The notes: generated by a model from the sequence alone, not told the origin. Positions 21,287 through 29,287 are shown, counted from the first letter of the stretch. The stretch: DNA of 49,537 nucleotides from Candidatus Binatia bacterium (GCA_041485125.1 JBGPIT010000002.1:1-49537), one strand, 5' to 3'. Program-made: numbers and translations.

Positions 21287-22752
21287 GCACGCTCGTCGAA
21301 CGGTTCCGGCCGCTCTTCTACCCGCGCGGGATCATCATCACGGGCGTCTCGGCGCATCCCGGGAAATTCGGCAGCGTCACGTACCACAACCTGATCGCGT
21401 GCGGGTACGAGGGCGAGCTCTTCCCGATCAACCGCGAGGGCGCGGTCTCCTTCGGCCGTCCGACCTACAAGAGCGTCGCCGACGTGCCACGCGGGCGCGC
21501 CGATCTCGCCTTCATCTGCACGCCGAACACGGTGAACGAGACGTTGCTGCGCGAGTGCGCCGCGGCCGGCGTACGCGCGGCCTTTGTCGCCTCGGGCGGG
21601 TACGGCGAGTCGGCCGACGGCAAGGAGATGGAACGCCGGCTGGTGGCGCTCGGGCGCGAGCTCGGGCTCCTCATCGCCGGCCCGAACGGCCAAGGCTTGA
21701 TCTCGACCGCGGTGCGCATGTGCGCGCAGATCGTCGCGCCGTATCCGCCGCCGGGTCCGATCTCGGTCGTGTCGCAGAGCGGGAATCTCGCCTCGAGCTT
21801 CATGAACTACGGCTGTCTCACCGGCATCGGCATGTCGAAGGCGATCTCGTGCGGCAACTCCGCGCAGCTCGAGCTCGCCGACTACCTCGAGTACTTCGGC
21901 GAGGATCCCGAGACCACGGTCAGCCTCGCCTACCTCGAGGGCGTCGAGGACGGCCGCCGTTTCCTCGAGGTCGCGCGCGCGCACACGGCGCGGAAGCCGC
22001 TCGTGCTGGTGCGCGGCGGCGTGACCGGTGCCGGCAAACGCGCGGCGAGCTCGCATACCGGCGCGCTCGCGTCCGACGACCGCATCTTCGCGGGCGTCTG
22101 CCGCCAGGCGGGCATCACGCGCGTCGAGACCGTCGAGGAGGCGTACGAGACCGCCGCGGCCTTCGCGACCCAGCCGTTGCCGCGCGGACCGCGCACGTTG
22201 ATCTTCACCGTCGCCGGCGGGTGGGGCGTGCTCACCTCGGACGCGTGCGTCGAGGCCGGCCTCGATCTGATCCCGCTGCCCGACGATCTTCGCAGCGCGA
22301 TCGACGCGATGGTGCCGTCACGCTGGAGCCGTTCGAATCCGGTCGACCTCGCCGGCGGCGAGACGCGCGACACCATCCCGGAGGTCCTGGAGCTCATGGC
22401 CGCGCATCCCGACGTCGACGCGATCGTGTATCTCGGGATCGGGATTCAGGCGGCACAGGCGCAGATGTTCCGCCGCGGTCCGTTCTGGCCGGGCCACGGT
22501 CTCGAGCGCATCGGGACGTTCCACGAGAGCCAGGATCGCCGCTACGCGCTGGCGGCCGCGGACGCGAGCCGCCGCCACGGCAAGCCGATCCTGGTCGCGT
22601 CGGAGCTCGTCTACACCGATCGCGCCTACGGCAACGCCGGGCCGCTCGGCGTCGCGGAGTCGGGCCGCGTCACGGCGCCGTCCGGCCAACGCGCGATCCG
22701 CACCCTCGCACGGATGGTACGTTACGCGCGCCGCCGCGCGCGACGCGCCTGA
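21283..22752 (+). CDS. ADP-forming acyl/acetyl-CoA synthetase, CoA-binding/ligase (alpha) subunit
   Basis: 489 aa: LFYPRGIIITGVSAHPGKFGSVTYHNLIACGYEGELFPINRE..., GPNGQGLIS, and a phosphohistidine-loop-like ASSHTGALASDD. Confidence 0.8.
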   Translation: MSTLVERFRPLFYPRGIIITGVSAHPGKFGSVTYHNLIACGYEGELFPINREGAVSFGRPTYKSVADVPRGRADLAFICTPNTVNETLLRECAAAGVRAAFVASGGYGESADGKEMERRLVALGRELGLLIAGPNGQGLISTAVRMCAQIVAPYPPPGPISVVSQSGNLASSFMNYGCLTGIGMSKAISCGNSAQLELADYLEYFGEDPETTVSLAYLEGVEDGRRFLEVARAHTARKPLVLVRGGVTGAGKRAASSHTGALASDDRIFAGVCRQAGITRVETVEEAYETAAAFATQPLPRGPRTLIFTVAGGWGVLTSDACVEAGLDLIPLPDDLRSAIDAMVPSRWSRSNPVDLAGGETRDTIPEVLELMAAHPDVDAIVYLGIGIQAAQAQMFRRGPFWPGHGLERIGTFHESQDRRYALAAADASRRHGKPILVASELVYTDRAYGNAGPLGVAESGRVTAPSGQRAIRTLARMVRYARRRARRA

Positions 22753-22839
22753 GGCGACTCGCACCGCCCGACGGCATCCCGCGCCGCCGCAGCGGCCTCG
22801 GCCGCCTCGGGAGATCCGAGGACGTATGACGCGCCCGGA

Positions 22840-23250
22840 TCAGCCGGTGGCGACGCCCAGCTTCGGCTCTTTGCCGGCGAGGAGCCGGCGCCGGGCGGCG
22901 CACACCGGCGAGCGCGGATCGTCGCGCCGGCGCCACGCCAGCAAGGCACGGCGCAACGGCCCCGGCGCGATGCCGAGCTCCTCGCAGACGTTCAGGAACG
23001 AGCACGGCCAGTCGTGCGCGTCGGAAAAGAGCCAGCGCGCGGCGTCCTCGAACGCTCTCCGTCGCGCCCGTTGATCGCTCGCGGCGCTCGACTGAAAGGT
23101 GACGATCGCGTCGCTCAAGATCGCCAGCAGCAGCCGGCGCTCCGGCTCCGTATCCACATGGGCGTTCGAAAGCCCCCGATACTGCTCGGGAAGGAGCGGG
23201 TACTGCTCCGTCTCCGGCTGCCCGCGCGACGTCTCACTCATGCCTTTCAT
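22840..23250 (-). CDS. Hypothetical protein (about 136 aa)
   Basis: Tail of track ORF 22840..24357, from ATG 23250 (or 23241): MKGMSETSRGQPETEQYPLLPEQYRGLSNAHVDTEPERRLLLAILSDAIVTFQ...FEDAARWLFSDAHDWPCSFLNVCEELGIAPGPLRRALLAWRR. Balanced composition, unlike the Arg-rich upstream part of the ORF. No family recognised. Confidence 0.45.
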   Translation of the reverse strand: MKGMSETSRGQPETEQYPLLPEQYRGLSNAHVDTEPERRLLLAILSDAIVTFQSSAASDQRARRRAFEDAARWLFSDAHDWPCSFLNVCEELGIAPGPLRRALLAWRRRDDPRSPVCAARRRLLAGKEPKLGVATG

Positions 23251-23396
23251 ACGGATGGCAACACGCGACGGATGCCGCCGTTGCACCGCGGTCGAGTATG
23301 GCGTGCGGTTCCGTGCCGCGCGGATTTCTCGACCGGCGTCGCAGACGGTGACGCGCCAGATCGTATCGCGGCGGACAGGTGCCGCGGCGCGGAGCG

Positions 23397-24563
23397 TCAG
23401 CGCGCTCCCGCTCGCCCGAGCGCGAGCAGCGCCCCGCTGAACACCCAATTGCCGATCGCTGCGCCCCAGAGAAACCACTCGAGCAGGCCGGCCGCGGTGA
23501 GCAGGACGAGCACGTAGGCGAACTCGCGGCTGGCGAACGCCTCGAAGACCCGTCGTTGCGCCGACGTCGGGCGGTGACGGACGAACGACCACCACACGGT
23601 CGCCATCGAGACCACGAGTCCCGCGAGCAGCACCGCACCGAGCACGACGAAGCGCCGGTCCGGCGTGTGCCGGTAGAGACCGACCGCGATGCCCGCGAAG
23701 AGAACGAGGTGCACGACGTTGTCGCCGATGACGTCGAGCCGCGCCCCAAAGCGCGATTCGCGAAAGGTGAGACGCGCGACCTCGCCGTCGCAGCCGTCGA
23801 CGATCGTCGAGAGGAGGAAGAGCAGCGCACCGAGGAGCGCCGCCAACCCGCTCCCGACCGCGAAGAGCGCGCCCGCGGCGACACCGATCGCGATCGAGGT
23901 CAGCGTGATCGCGTTCGGCGCGATCCCGGTCGGCAGCAGCAACCGTGTGATCGCGCGCGAGAGACGGCGATCGACGTGGCGGGTGAACCAGCTGTCGCCG
24001 GCGCGTCCGATCCGCTCGAAGAGACCGCGCGACGCCTCGGTCCGTCCCGCCGGCGTCGAGGCGTCGACGAGCAGCGCAGCGCGCGGCGGAGTCCAGCGCC
24101 CGGTGCCGTTCGTCGCCGCCGCAGCGGAGGCGCGACGCGCCGTCGCGCCGGCGACGGCATCGATCCCCCGATCGGCGTCGCTGGCGGTGCCGCGCCAGAG
24201 CAGGCCGCCGGGCGCGAGCCGCGGCGCGCCGTCCGCGCTCGCGACAAACGCCGTCAGCGTACGCGGATCGGTGACGGTCGTCGCGGCCGCGACCACGACG
24301 GCCGACGCTTCGCCCAGCCAAGCGTCGACCGCAGCGCGATCCTCGCTCGCTGCCCACGCGATCGGCAGCGTCGGCATGCGCGGCGGCCGCAGCGGCGCGG
24401 TGCCGAGACAGAGCAGACGGCGCGCGCCGGCGCGTGCGGCGGTGAAGGCGGCGCGGGTGAGGAGCGTCGTACCCGCAACCGGCACGTGCGCCTCCGGCGC
24501 GATCAGCAGAACGGCGTCGAAGGGGAGCGGCTCGGACGGCGCTTCCGGCGACGCCTCAGTCAC
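23397..24563 (-). CDS. Two-domain CDP-alcohol phosphotransferase family protein (soluble N-terminal domain plus membrane transferase), paralog 1
   Basis: 388 aa with a GTG start overlapping the upstream stop by 8 nt. Its C-terminal polytopic domain has the intact family motif DGCDGEVARLTFRESRFGARLDVIGD (D-G-x2-A-R-x8-G-x3-D-x3-D). The N-terminal ~190 aa are soluble and begin like a nucleotidyltransferase strand (FDAVLLIAPE) but lack GxGxR. Confidence 0.8.
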   Translation of the reverse strand: MTEASPEAPSEPLPFDAVLLIAPEAHVPVAGTTLLTRAAFTAARAGARRLLCLGTAPLRPPRMPTLPIAWAASEDRAAVDAWLGEASAVVVAAATTVTDPRTLTAFVASADGAPRLAPGGLLWRGTASDADRGIDAVAGATARRASAAAATNGTGRWTPPRAALLVDASTPAGRTEASRGLFERIGRAGDSWFTRHVDRRLSRAITRLLLPTGIAPNAITLTSIAIGVAAGALFAVGSGLAALLGALLFLLSTIVDGCDGEVARLTFRESRFGARLDVIGDNVVHLVLFAGIAVGLYRHTPDRRFVVLGAVLLAGLVVSMATVWWSFVRHRPTSAQRRVFEAFASREFAYVLVLLTAAGLLEWFLWGAAIGNWVFSGALLALGRAGAR

Positions 24564-25632
24564 CGGCCGCTGGCGGCCCGCCGCCCGCAGGCGGCAGCGG
24601 CTCGCGAAAGGGCAGGCGGACCCCGCCCGCGGCGCTCGAACGGTAGCTCAGCTCGAGCAAGCGGCAGCAGGTCTCCGCTTCCCGGAAATTCGCGCCGCGG
24701 ACCCGCGGCTCGTAGAGCTCCTCGCGCAGGTCGTCGAACATCGTCGCGAACCAATCGGGGTGGTACGACCCGGCCGAGAGCGCTTGCGCGAAGCCGGTCT
24801 CGACGGGCTCGCGCTCTTGCACCGACACCGTGAGGGTCCGGTCGGCGATCTCCATCCGGCCGTGGTCGGCGGTGACGCTCACGCGGTTCGAGCGCGCAGC
24901 CGCGGCCCACGTCAGCGTGATGTCGGCGCGTGCATGCGGGAACTCGATCGTGCACTGGGCCGTGTCCTCGACCGCCGCCGCGGTGAACTTGCGCTGCTCG
25001 GTGCGCGCCGACACCGCGACCGGCTCGGCGTCGAGCATGGAGAGCGCGAGGTAGAAGGCATGCCAGCCGTGGTCGACGAGGATGCCGCCGCCCGCGATCG
25101 CGGGATCGAGCCGCCAAGTCGCGCCGTCGGCCGAGCCGGGCGGCGTCGTCCGCAGCGTCTCGATCTCGAGGCGCGACACCGTACCGATGTCCCCGCGCCG
25201 CAGCACCCGCCGCGCGGTGCGAATGATGGGCGCGCACTTCCAATTGTGCGCGGTGAAGACGACGACGTGGGCCGCGCTCGCCGCCGCCCGGATGCGGTTG
25301 CAGTCGTCCATGTGGAGCGCGAGCGGCTTCTCGCACAGCACGTTCACCCGCTTCGCGATCAGCTGGAGGACGATCTCGGGATGCGTCACCGGCGGCGTGG
25401 CGACGTCGACGAGATCGAGGCGCTCCTGCTGCAGCATTTCGTCGAGCGAGGCGTACGCGTGCGCGTTCGGCACCAGCTCGGCCGCCTTGGCGAGGCGGGC
25501 CGGATCGGCGTCGCAAACGGCGATCAGCTGCATGTGCCGGTCGGCCGTCCACGCCGGCAGGTGTCCTTCGACCGCGACGTTGCCGAAGCCGACGATCGCG
25601 CCCCGGAGCGGCCGATTGCGCCGCAGGGTCAC
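24556..25632 (-). CDS. Gfo/Idh/MocA family NAD(P)-dependent oxidoreductase
   Basis: 358 aa. It has an N-terminal Rossmann segment (GAIVGFGNVAVEGHLPAW), the family EKP motif (VLCEKPLAL), and a C-terminal alpha/beta domain. Confidence 0.82.
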   Translation of the reverse strand: MTLRRNRPLRGAIVGFGNVAVEGHLPAWTADRHMQLIAVCDADPARLAKAAELVPNAHAYASLDEMLQQERLDLVDVATPPVTHPEIVLQLIAKRVNVLCEKPLALHMDDCNRIRAAASAAHVVVFTAHNWKCAPIIRTARRVLRRGDIGTVSRLEIETLRTTPPGSADGATWRLDPAIAGGGILVDHGWHAFYLALSMLDAEPVAVSARTEQRKFTAAAVEDTAQCTIEFPHARADITLTWAAAARSNRVSVTADHGRMEIADRTLTVSVQEREPVETGFAQALSAGSYHPDWFATMFDDLREELYEPRVRGANFREAETCCRLLELSYRSSAAGGVRLPFREPLPPAGGGPPAAGD

Positions 25633-26951
25633 TGCCGTTCCGCGTCGCGCGCGACGGTCGCGAACGCCTCCTCGAGGATATCGAGCCCGCGGTCGGCTTC
25701 CTCGTCACTGATGGTGAGCGGCGGATTGATGCGGACCCGGGGGAAGTACCCCATCATCAGAAGGCCGCGGCGCAGCGCTTCGAGGAAAATGCGCTCGGTG
25801 AGGTCGCGCGCGAGCGGCTCCTTGGTCGCGCGGCTCGCGACCAGATCGAGGCCGATCAGCAGGCCGACACCGCGCACGTCGCCGATGAATTCGAAGCGCT
25901 CCTGCATCGCGCGCAGGCGCTCGAGCATGCGCGCGCCCACCCGAGCGGCGTGCTCGACCAGGCCCTCGTCGCGGATCGTCTCGACGGTCGCGAGCGCCGC
26001 CGTCACCGCGAGCGGATTGCCGCCGTAGCTCGAGGACGACGCGCTCGGCCGCGCGAATGGCGTCGAGGCGACGATCGTGTCGGTGGAGATCAGACCGCTG
26101 ATCGGGAAGCCCGAGCCCATCCCCTTGCCGACGGTCATGACGTCGGGGACGACGCCGGTGTGCTCGCAGCCGAACCAGCGGCCGGTGCGGCCGAAGCCGG
26201 TGATCATCTCGTCGGCGATCAGCACCGCGCCGATCTCATGAGCGAGGTCACGGATCGCGGGCAGGAACTCCGGCGGCGGCACGACGTTTCCCGCCGTTCC
26301 TTGCATCGGCTCGATAATGATCGCGGCGACCGCGCCGGTCGTGGTGCGCTTGATGCTCTCGCGCGCGAACTCGACGCACGCCATGCCGCAGTCGGGGTAG
26401 CTGAGCTTGAACGGGCAGCGGTAGCAGTCGGCATACGGCACCGAGTAGCGGCCGCCGGGCAGGGGGCCCCAGCCGTGCTTCGACTCGTCGCCGATGAGGC
26501 CCATCACGCCCGCGGTCTTGCCGTGGAAGCCGCCCCAGAAACCGACGATCTCGTGCTTGCCGGTGTACGACATGGCGAGGCGGAACGCGGCCTCGACGGC
26601 CTCGGCGCCGCCGCTGTAGAGCTGCGTCCGACCGAGGTCGCCGGGCGTAAGACGCGCGATCAGCTGCAGGAGGCGGACGCGGTTCTCGGTGGTGAAGCTA
26701 CCGACCACGATGCGGCGGAGCTGCGCCTCCATCGCCGCGACGTAGCGCGGATGCGAATGCCCGAGGCTCGCCACCGCGACGCCGGCGAAGAAGTCGAGGT
26801 AGCTGTTACCGTCGAGATCGGTGACGGTCGCACCGCGGCCGGACGCGAGCGCCAGCTCCGAGAGCAGCGCGATGCGCTGCTGCCCCGGCGCGATCAGCGC
26901 TTGCTCCTCGCGAAAGAGCGCGCGCGAGCGCGTGCCGGGTCGATCGCTCAT
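25629..26951 (-). CDS. Class-III (ornithine/GABA-type) PLP-dependent aminotransferase
   Basis: 440 aa: YLDFFAGVAVASLGHSHP, IIEPMQGTAGNVVPPPEFL, LIADEMITGFGRTGRWF, and the PLP-lysine segment PDVMTVGKGMGSGFP. Confidence 0.85.
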   Translation of the reverse strand: MSDRPGTRSRALFREEQALIAPGQQRIALLSELALASGRGATVTDLDGNSYLDFFAGVAVASLGHSHPRYVAAMEAQLRRIVVGSFTTENRVRLLQLIARLTPGDLGRTQLYSGGAEAVEAAFRLAMSYTGKHEIVGFWGGFHGKTAGVMGLIGDESKHGWGPLPGGRYSVPYADCYRCPFKLSYPDCGMACVEFARESIKRTTTGAVAAIIIEPMQGTAGNVVPPPEFLPAIRDLAHEIGAVLIADEMITGFGRTGRWFGCEHTGVVPDVMTVGKGMGSGFPISGLISTDTIVASTPFARPSASSSSYGGNPLAVTAALATVETIRDEGLVEHAARVGARMLERLRAMQERFEFIGDVRGVGLLIGLDLVASRATKEPLARDLTERIFLEALRRGLLMMGYFPRVRINPPLTISDEEADRGLDILEEAFATVARDAERQ

Positions 26952-27781
26952 GCGCGGCCCCCTGCCCGTAGCGCGCTCGGCGTGGAAGCGGCGACGCGCT
27001 CGGCGACGTAGGACGCGATCGCGTCCGCGGCCTCGTCGCGGCAGCGCGCGAAGCTCGGCCAGTCGTTGATGTCGATCAGAGCCGCCGAGCCGTCCGGCCG
27101 GACGACGAGGTCGCCGCCGAAGACCTCGAGGCCGAGCGCCGCAGCGCCCGCCCGCGCGACCTCCCAGAGCGACGGCAGCGGCGCCGGCACGTCGGCGACG
27201 TCACCGTAGGCGCGAAAGAAGCTGCCGTCGGCAACCGCGTAGAACTTGAGGACCGTGCCCTCGACGTGCTCCTGCACCGCCGCGGCGGCGATACCGCGCG
27301 CGGCGAGCGACGCGAGCGCTTCGGCGAGGGCGTCGTCGGTCGCGGTGAAAACCACGTCGCCGGCGCTCATCGCGTGCACGTCACCACGCTTCACCCAGCA
27401 CGGGCCCCGCGCCGTGTGCGCGCGGGGCGCCGCCGTCGCGACGAGCGTCGTCTCCGGAGCGGGGACGGCCGCATCGCGCAGCAGCCGCACCGTCTCGGTG
27501 CGGTAGCAGTGCCGGATCGCCGCCGGCGTGTTGACCACCGGGACGCGCGCCGCGAAGGCGTCGAGCGCACGCAAGGCCGCGGCGCTCTGACACATCGCGA
27601 GGACGCCGCGCACCCGCGTCGGATCGGCGGCCGCAGCGATCAGCTGTTCCGCATCGCAGAGCGCGACGTCCAAACCGCGCGCGTGGAGCGCGGCGGCGGC
27701 GCGGGTGAGGATCGCGGCATCGTCCTCGACACGCCCGGGCGAGTATTGCGCTTCGCGAAAGACACCGAGGAGCTCCGCCAT
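26948..27781 (-). CDS. ATP-grasp fold protein (kinase or ligase; function unknown)
   Basis: 277 aa: PVVNTPAAIRHCYRTETVRLL, CWVKRGDVHAMSAGDVVF, AAAVQEHVEGTVLKFYAV, and the metal-site loop FGGDLVVRPDGSAALIDINDWPSF. Confidence 0.7.
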   Translation of the reverse strand: MAELLGVFREAQYSPGRVEDDAAILTRAAAALHARGLDVALCDAEQLIAAAADPTRVRGVLAMCQSAAALRALDAFAARVPVVNTPAAIRHCYRTETVRLLRDAAVPAPETTLVATAAPRAHTARGPCWVKRGDVHAMSAGDVVFTATDDALAEALASLAARGIAAAAVQEHVEGTVLKFYAVADGSFFRAYGDVADVPAPLPSLWEVARAGAAALGLEVFGGDLVVRPDGSAALIDINDWPSFARCRDEAADAIASYVAERVAASTPSALRAGGRA

Positions 27782-27785
27782 CTAG

Positions 27786-28487
27786 TCAGGAAGGCCTTTC
27801 TAGGCGGAGAAACCGCTCCGCGGCCGTGACGTCCTCGGGGCGATCGACGTCGACCGCGAAGCCGACGTCAAAGCCGTAGAGCAGATGGCCGTGGTCGAGG
27901 AGCGACCGAAGGAAGATCCGGAACGCAGTCCATTGCCGTACCGGCGACGCATCCGCGAGCGAATACACTACGGGTTTCAGGAAGTAAACGCCGGCCGTGA
28001 CGTGACTGCCGCTGGCGGCGCCGAGGCTGCGGATGCGTGCGTGCTCGTCGAGCTCGACCCAGAGCGGCTTCTCGTCGTCGACCGTCGACGTCACCCCGAG
28101 GACACCGGCGGCGTCGGCGTGCTCGGCGGCGAACGCGACCAGCGCCGCCACCGACGCCGGCGCGATCACCGCGTCGACGGTGAGGAGAAGGAAGGGTGCC
28201 GACTCGAGATACGGGCGCAACGCAAGGAAGCTCTCCGCCGAGCTCGCGGTAGTGCGTTGGACGACGTCGATCGGCACACCGAAGCTCTCGGTCTCGAGGA
28301 AGCGCCGCACGCGATCCGTCTCGGCGTTCACGATGCAGCTGATGCGCGTAGCACCGGCGCCCTTGGCGGCCTCGATCTGATGCGCGATGAGCGGGCGGCC
28401 GCCGATCTCGAGGAGCGGCTTCGGGGTGTCGATGCCCGCCGCCCGCAAGCGCTCTCCGTGTCCCGCGGCGATGATGCCGGCGATCAC
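27786..28487 (-). CDS. Nucleotidyltransferase (sugar/alcohol-phosphate NTP transferase family)
   Basis: The GTG at 28487 makes a GTGA overlap with the upstream stop. VIAGIIAAGHGERLRAAGIDTPKPLLEIGGRPLIAHQIE carries the canonical G-x-G-x-R and PKPLL signature. 233 aa. Confidence 0.8.
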   Translation of the reverse strand: MIAGIIAAGHGERLRAAGIDTPKPLLEIGGRPLIAHQIEAAKGAGATRISCIVNAETDRVRRFLETESFGVPIDVVQRTTASSAESFLALRPYLESAPFLLLTVDAVIAPASVAALVAFAAEHADAAGVLGVTSTVDDEKPLWVELDEHARIRSLGAASGSHVTAGVYFLKPVVYSLADASPVRQWTAFRIFLRSLLDHGHLLYGFDVGFAVDVDRPEDVTAAERFLRLERPS

Positions 28488-29194
28488 CGCAGCAACGCCT
28501 CGAGCTCGAGCAGGCTCGCGAGCCGCCACACCGGCGCCGGCGACACCGGCATGAGCGCGGGCGGCGCGGCAAGCCACGCGGTGCGCATGCCGGCTGCCGC
28601 GGCCGGCACCACGTCGCGCTCCCACGAGTCGCCGACGTGGAGAATCGCGCCGGGCGCGACACCGAGGCGTTCCGCGGCGAGGGCGTATATCGCCGGATCC
28701 GGCTTGGCGATGCCGGCGACGGCGGAGTCGATCACGACGTCGAACGGCCCGAGCCGTGCCTCCGCCAGGAGCATCGGCATGTTGCCGTAGGAGTTCGAGA
28801 CCACACCGAGCCGAAACCGCTCGGCGAGGCGGCGCAACAGCGGGCGGTTGCGGTCCCACGCCCGCCGCGTGTCGCGGATGAAGCCGTCGGCGAGGCGCTC
28901 GGCCAAGCGCGCATCGGCGCGCGCGAGACGCTCGAGCTGGTAGCGGACGTGGCTGCGGACGGTCCGCTCGAGACCGAAATCGCGAATCCCGTCCTCGGCC
29001 GCGAGACGCGCGTCGGCGTCGTAAAATGCCGGGCGCAGCGCGGCGCTCGAGAGCGCCACGCCGCACTCGGCGTAGAGCGCGAGGAAATGATCGAACCAAT
29101 GCGCCGCGTCGCCGTCGAGCGTGCCGCCGTAGTCCAGCAGCACCGCGCGCAAGGCCGCAGCGTCAGCGATCGGAACCGCGCCCGACTCCGGCAC
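28484..29194 (-). CDS. HAD superfamily hydrolase (subfamily IA-like)
   Basis: 236 aa with a GTG start. Motif I is VLLDYGGTLD, motif II is LGVVSNS, and motif III/IV is K...HVGDSWERDV. The second Asp of the DxD motif is replaced by Gly. Confidence 0.75.
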   Translation of the reverse strand: MPESGAVPIADAAALRAVLLDYGGTLDGDAAHWFDHFLALYAECGVALSSAALRPAFYDADARLAAEDGIRDFGLERTVRSHVRYQLERLARADARLAERLADGFIRDTRRAWDRNRPLLRRLAERFRLGVVSNSYGNMPMLLAEARLGPFDVVIDSAVAGIAKPDPAIYALAAERLGVAPGAILHVGDSWERDVVPAAAAGMRTAWLAAPPALMPVSPAPVWRLASLLELEALLR

Positions 29195-29257
29195 GTTCGA
29201 GAGCTACCGGAGGATGGACGCGCCCGCAATCGACCGCCCGCACGCCGGCCGGCCGTC

Positions 29258-29287
29258 TTGCTGGCGGCGCGCCGCCGACGCTATAGG
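29258..29287 (+). promoter_or_regulatory. Candidate promoter for CDP-alcohol phosphotransferase paralog 2 (would give a near-leaderless mRNA)
   Basis: TTGCTG (29258-29263), an 18 nt spacer, then TATAGG (29282-29287). The ATG at 29297 lies only 9 nt after the -10 element, and no Shine-Dalgarno sequence precedes it. Confidence 0.3.

Noticed and set aside
22805-22823. Short hairpin CCTCGG-GAGAT-CCGAGG between convergent genes
   Set aside because: It has only 6 bp and no T-tract. Stems of this size arise by chance in 70% GC DNA.
23689-26028. 779 aa plus-strand ORF, and the overlapping 23379..24833 ORF
   Set aside because: Both are antisense to the transferase, oxidoreductase and aminotransferase genes. 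Their composition is Ser/Arg/Ala/Pro-rich. The minus-strand frames carry clear family motifs.
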